A stretch of DNA of 42,688 nucleotides from Octopus sinensis (Eukaryota): assembly GCF_006345805.1 (NCBI RefSeq), contig NW_021835093.1:1-42688 (forward strand), given 5' to 3'. Below, piece by piece: positions 37,500 through 42,688 of the stretch (its first letter is position 1; each line of letters starts with the position of its first letter). The translations under genes were made by a program, and so were the position numbers. The notes under the pieces are model-generated. The model was not told the DNA's origin. It was given only the letters and a program-made list of their open reading frames with translations, and did not search any database.

Positions 37500-38310
37500 A
37501 ATGTAAAATGTGGTGGAGAGCAGACGATAGTAAAACCGGGATGAAGCAGTTAAGGTGGGGGAGGTGTACGATAAATAAAGGGTGAAGGGGATGTAACAGG
37601 GCTTAGTGTGTAGGGGAAGGGAAAGTGCAGCGGGGAAATATAAAGGGCGTATGAGATATAAAGCCTTGAGTGAAGTAGGAGTCGGAGAAATGAAGGAAAC
37701 ATCTGTTAATAAGGCGTAGATGAGGGTGAAATTGTGAAGACAGAGAGGGAGAAGGATATTAAGATTTGAAAGAACGTAGAAGGACGAGATTTGAAGGAAG
37801 CAGATGATAACAGGGTTTGGATGAGGAAGTGGAAGGTGGAAATGAAAGGTTGCAGACGATAATTGAACGTGGATGAGATTGAAGGAGATAAAATGAAAAG
37901 TAGCCGACGAGAGAGGGGGGGGGAGAAAGAGAGAGAGAGTGTAAAGATTGGGTAAGGTAGGAGATAGAAAGAAAAGAAACAAACGATAGACCTGAATGAA
38001 TTTGGAGAGGATAAAATTAGCAGACGATAATAGGCTTTAGATGAAATGAAAGCAATGAGAGAGCAGCCGATAATAAACCCGAATGAGAAAGAAAACGGAA
38101 AGGAGAGAACGATAATATGATTTGAAGGAATGAAAGAAGCAAATGATTTACAAGAAATTGTCGGAAGATAAATGAATAAAGAGGTGACGATAACAGAAAT
38201 CGTACAAGGTATGAGAGAGCAAATAAAGAGAAGAGGCAATAATAATATGGAAAAGGGTTTATAAATAATGGAAGGAGACGATAATTAGAGTCGAAAGACA
38301 CAGAAGCGAA
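37500..38310 (+). repeat. Decayed purine-rich minisatellite (~41-52-bp period) with conserved GCAGACGATAA core
   Basis: Core variants at 37524, 37568, 37804, 37856, 37904, 37983, 38024, 38067, 38109, 38187 and 38278. Confidence 0.6.
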
Positions 38311-39002
38311 AGAAAGGAAGAAAATGGTTAGAGAAATAGATTTTGAAATAAGTAATGGTATGAGAAGAGTAAAGACTAGTGTTTTGTGCGACAGCCTTCG
38401 TTTGGGAAAAACGTCTTTTACAAATCCAGTATGTAACATATTGGATGTTAAACTTGGATAGGATGTATAGATGCAAGAAATTATTGAAGAATAAAATACT
38501 TTGAGGATTGCAGGGATCGAAAACCTGAGTTAGAAGACTGCAGAATAAATTTGAAGATATGGGAATGGAAGAGACATACATGAGGTGTAGAACAATCGAA
38601 ATCGAGAGCTTCTTAATTACACGGTAGTGTCTGAAACTCAAAACATAAAGTCATCTATGGAAGTCTGTACCTCAGGTATATATTTCAAGATTCTCTAACT
38701 TAGTATATATCTGAAACGTCTTGACAAATATCCCTTCGAGTACAACTTGGTGGTCATACATACATGCATACATACATACATACATACATACATACATACA
38801 TACATACATACATACATACATACATACATGCATACGTTCATATATAAATATATATATAGTCAGCCGAAATTGCGAAGATGATGCGGTTCTTGACTGAGAT
38901 TGAAGGCTTCGAATGTCCCGTCCGTGTTTTTTGTATCGTCTTCTAAATGTTTTGCGTTCTTGTCCCAGTTTGTATTTTCTCACACACACACACACACACA
39001 CA

Positions 39003-39044
<42 letters not shown>

Positions 39045-39058
39045 GTATATTTTTTTAC

Positions 39059-39096
<38 letters not shown>

Positions 39097-39100
<4 letters not shown>

Positions 39101-39225
39101 GATTTTTACCGAAAAACAAAAGACGAAGACCAGTGTATAAACAACAAGTAGGTGTGTTAGTTTGACGCTCGGGAAGGTGAGAAAATATTTTTATGTTTCG
39201 AGCCTACGCTCTTCAACAGAAAGTA
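39097..39225 (-). mobile_element. Penelope-like pseudo-LTR fragment with hammerhead-like motif, copy B
   Basis: Reverse complement TTT-CTGTTGA-A-GAGC-GTAG-GCTC-GAAAC-ATA-AAA; homologous to 11392-11530. Confidence 0.5.
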
Positions 39226-39299
39226 ACACGAAGAGAAAAAAATTCATTTATGTTTAACAACTGAATGAATATAATAAAAGCATCTGAATATGAAACATC

Positions 39300-39416
39300 A
39301 CGAAATTTGTTCAAACTGAAGTCCTTCTTCAGCGACACGTTTTCCCATTCGAGTCAATACACATAGTATTAATGGAATTTTGATTTACTGTCAGGTGACT
39401 TTTGGCCAGCCCTGTA
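39300..39416. mobile_element. Possible Tc1/mariner terminal fragment
   Basis: Reverse complement reads TA-CAGGGCTGGCCAAAAGTCAC, a typical TA|CAGGG...CAAAAGT TIR start; no partner TIR seen. Confidence 0.35.
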
Positions 39417-39504
39417 TACACACGCGCGCGCACACACATACACACACACACACAAACACACACATACATACATACATACATACATGCATACATACATACA
39501 TACA

Positions 39505-39554
<50 letters not shown>

Positions 39555-39812
39555 CATATTATAATAATATATATATATATATATATATAATATATAATAT
39601 ATATATATATATATATAATATAAAACGACAAACGACAAAAAGAAGGGAATTGTTAGAGAGAAAATTTCTTTGAGAAGTTCCTTTTTTAAAGTGACTGCAA
39701 CATATTCTTACTTTTTTGCATTGTAATTTCTTAAATAATTCTTTTTTTGTTTTTAAAATATGTGTGCGTGTGTGTGTGTATATTTCTGTGTGTATGTGTT
39801 TGCGTGTATATC

Positions 39813-39832
39813 GATAGATAGATAGATAGATC

Positions 39833-39903
<71 letters not shown>

Positions 39904-39909
39904 GGATAT

Positions 39910-39965
<56 letters not shown>

Positions 39966-40010
39966 GTAGGTAGGTAGGTAGGTAGGTAGGTAGGTAGGTA
40001 GGTAGGTATC
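39813..40010 (+). repeat. (GATA)n-(GGTA)n microsatellite
   Basis: Directly visible. Confidence 0.95.
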
Positions 40011-40141
40011 TATCTTTCTATCTATCATTTGCACTAGGGTTTGTTTGTCCGAAACCGGACTTGTTAGTCACATGAAATCTCATGCCAGTATTTACAAATC
40101 GAAATGATGGCCGCCTTCTATAAACAAGTCGTAGTCACCAA

Positions 40142-40247
<106 letters not shown>

Positions 40248-40299
40248 ATTTATTCCTCTTTCTATTTATATATCATATACATATGTATATAATATATAT

Positions 40300-40595
40300 G
40301 CGCATAGCTCAGTATTTTAGAGCGTCGGGATCCCAATCATGAGGTAGTGAGTTCAATTCCTGGACCAGGCTGTGTATTGTGCTCTTAAGCAAGACTCTTC
40401 ATTTTACGTTACTCCAGTTCACTCAGCTGTAGAAATGAGTTGCAACGTCACTGGTGCCAAGCTGTATCGCCCTTTGCCTTTCCCTTGGCGGCTACTGGTC
40501 TTCCATAAACAACCTTGCTCGGACTTATGCCTCGGAGGGGAAGTTTCTAGGTGCAATCTCATGGCCATTCATGATCGAAGAGGGTCTTTACCTTA
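40300..40595 (+). mobile_element. SINE family B-related copy with a different 3' half
   Basis: GCTCAGTATTTTAGAGC (A-box-like), GAGTTCAATTCC (B-box), CTTCATTTTACGTTACTCCAGTTCACTCAGCTG body shared with 4173-4385. Confidence 0.65.
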
Positions 40596-40597
40596 CT

Positions 40598-40653
<56 letters not shown>

Positions 40654-40756
40654 GTATGTATATGCATGTATATATATATATTATATATATATATATATAT
40701 ATATTACATAATATATATATATATAGATATATATATATGTATGTATATATGTATAT

Positions 40757-40791
<35 letters not shown>

Positions 40792-40824
40792 TACACATAC
40801 ACACATCCATCCATACATATATCC

Positions 40825-41345
40825 ATACCTACATGGTGGCTGCCCCTCGTTATCGAGTATGGCCATTGCGCGAAGCTTAATCAATGTTGTTATCGTGCAA
40901 TGCCTGTGCAAGAAGATTTTTTTTTAAGTGAGTAAAGGCTGTGCACTGAGTCAATCCCACTCACTAAGCAACAACAGCCATAATCCGAAAAGAAGAACAA
41001 GTCAACATCATCGGTAACCACTGAGCCGAAGGTTTTATGTCGGAGTTATCCCAGTTACCCGAGTTACCTTCTCCTAGAAGGATGCCCTAACAAATGTTTA
41101 ACCGCGCGGTCGGGTATTCAGTCCGATTATTTCTATGTCCCCGCGCATGATACAGCCTTAAGACATTTATTGGATGGCCGTTGACTCTCAAGAGTTCCTC
41201 CGCCCTTTGACGGGTTTTGTTTTTCATCCTGCAGGATGTCCAATAAACACCCTCCTCACCAAGCAAGCTTGATGGGGTTGCCGGTTTAGTCGCCGACGAC
41301 CCGACCATGCAACACGTTGTACTGGGTTACATGTTACCATACCTC
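40825..41345 (-). mobile_element. Probable RTE-related non-autonomous element (5'UTR-like segment plus short 3' end)
   Basis: Minus strand contains GGGCATCCTTCTAGGAGAAGGTAACTC, resembling the RTE 5'UTR motif CCAGTCTAGGAGAAGGAAAACTC as I recall it. There is no ORF and it ends in a (TATG/GATG)n tail. Confidence 0.35.
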
Positions 41346-41377
41346 CATAGACACATACATACGCACACGCGCGCACA

Positions 41378-41418
<41 letters not shown>

Positions 41419-41859
41419 GTACGTAGATAAGGAATTAGTCCCTAGGCAGATCTTCTCTGCTTCTTTAGACTAGACGAAGTTAAATAATCAAGAACTATGA
41501 CTATGCGAAGTTGTATGCAACACACTATTTATTTCGCTTCCATTAAAAAGAAATTGGTTTTGTGGTTTTATTTCCAATGACTCTACACTGAAACTAATTG
41601 GGGAAGAAGCATTTCACTGCCACAGAAAATGGTAAACCATTCTAGCTTGACGCTACCGTCAAATTATATTGTATATAAACAGATGGATACGACTTATTAA
41701 TAGTTTTACCTTGACACTGGTGACGACTTCCAGTTGATGTGTGTTAACTGATAGGATCAGTGGGATTGTATGGAATCCTAGTAACAACGATTGGTATTGT
41801 ATTCCAATTTCATATATGTGTATATAATCACTGTTTCGATCAAGCTATCCAATATTGCG

Positions 41860-42058
41860 ATACCCCGCTGGTCACAATGTGCTTCCCCGCATTGTTTTAA
41901 CCAATCCGCTACCTGTTTCATCCATTTACAGGTGAGTTGGCTGGAGCAACGTGAAATAAAGTGTTTTCCTCAAGAACACAACGCAGCGTTGTCTGAGAAT
42001 CGAAACAACGTTATTCTGATGGTGAGGGCAGCACGCTTACCACTAAGCTACGCGCCTT
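41860..42058 (-). mobile_element. SINE family B
   Basis: Reverse complement starts GGCGCGTAGCTTAGTGGTAAG, then GTTTCGATTCTC, and GTTGTGTTCTTGAGGAAAACACTTTATTTCACGTTGCTCCAGCC as in 4173-4385. Confidence 0.8.
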
Positions 42059-42125
42059 TACGTATTTACATACATATTGTGTGTATGTGTGAGTGTGTGT
42101 ATGCGTGCGTGCGTCCGTGCGTCCG

Positions 42126-42195
<70 letters not shown>

Positions 42196-42199
<4 letters not shown>

Positions 42200-42676
42200 A
42201 TATGAAGAGCAGCATTACACGCAAACACCACCAATAGCCTACTCCCAGTTGTAATTGTCGAAACCCAGGAACTTGTCCACTCGATCGGAGGTGCATAATT
42301 AAATCCGTCATATATGAGGCAGAAGTTATGACAACGCTACTTGATAACATAGCCAAAAAGAAGAGTTACATGGGGTTATGTGAAAGTGACTTAAAACATC
42401 GCTCTGCTAACCACTTATTGTCCCTTCAGCACAAGAACAAAAGTAAAGCCACTAAGTTAGATGTCCCTGTATGGGATTTTACATCTAACGTCACATTACA
42501 TACAATCAAGTTGAAAAATCGATGCCATATGTTAATGGATAAGAAAACAAGTTATGCGCAACTGAAAGATCGCAGATCTTTTTCAGAACTAAGAGCACCA
42601 TCGAACTGCTGAATTCTAGATTTGAATTTTTTTCAGCAGATGTAAACATATGAATAAGTTCCTAGTGGTGAATTAG
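42196..42676 (+). mobile_element. Penelope-like element remnant: linker and GIY-YIG endonuclease C-terminus (pseudogenised)
   Basis: NMKSSIT..*..CNCRNPGTCPLDRRC-IIKSVIYEAEV..KSYMGLCE..KHRSANH..VW, then across frameshifts PYVNG..LCATE..LLNSRFE..RCKHMNKFLVVN*. Confidence 0.8.
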
Positions 42677-42688
42677 AAAATACCACCC

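Noticed and set aside
37500-38310. CRISPR-like interpretation of the core-plus-variable-spacer array
   Set aside because: Eukaryotic context, core only ~11 nt, spacers related to each other, and no cas genes.
37422-38641. Overlapping long minus-strand ORFs (118-186 aa)
   Set aside because: Explained by the pyrimidine-rich strand of the purine-rich minisatellite; no domain signal.

Overview
Eukaryotic, AT-rich, extremely microsatellite-dense genomic DNA. The SINE/LINE repertoire and repeat density suggest a coleoid cephalopod such as Octopus (inference, not verified). Almost all ORFs in the supplied track are microsatellite translation artefacts. The real coding signal is transposon-derived: (i) a near full-length but frameshifted R4/Dong-like non-LTR retrotransposon (Myb-like N-terminus, RT with YMDD, CCHC knuckle, restriction-like endonuclease) at about 25.15-29.3 kb, three 5'-truncated relatives, and a fragment of a second Dong-like family; (ii) two L1/Tx1-like 3' fragments; (iii) an RTE RT fragment; (iv) a Penelope-like GIY-YIG remnant with a CxCx5Cx5C linker. 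The most striking structure is an insertion pile-up from 18.9 to 32.2 kb. There, several unrelated element families sit in (TAA)n arrays with a consistent orientation: the Dong-like LINEs and a non-coding 5'-truncated family are flanked by (AAT)n on their sense strand, while SINE-A and the 20 kb Tx1-like copy read (ATT)n. Also present are many tRNA-derived SINEs, a non-autonomous Helitron, a Helentron/DINE-like element, a foldback element, two repeats carrying a variant hammerhead-ribozyme-like core, a 268-bp tandem array of tRNA-like units, and a decayed ~45-bp minisatellite. Host-gene evidence is weak: one candidate terminal exon (34124-34565, minus) and one candidate promoter motif pair.
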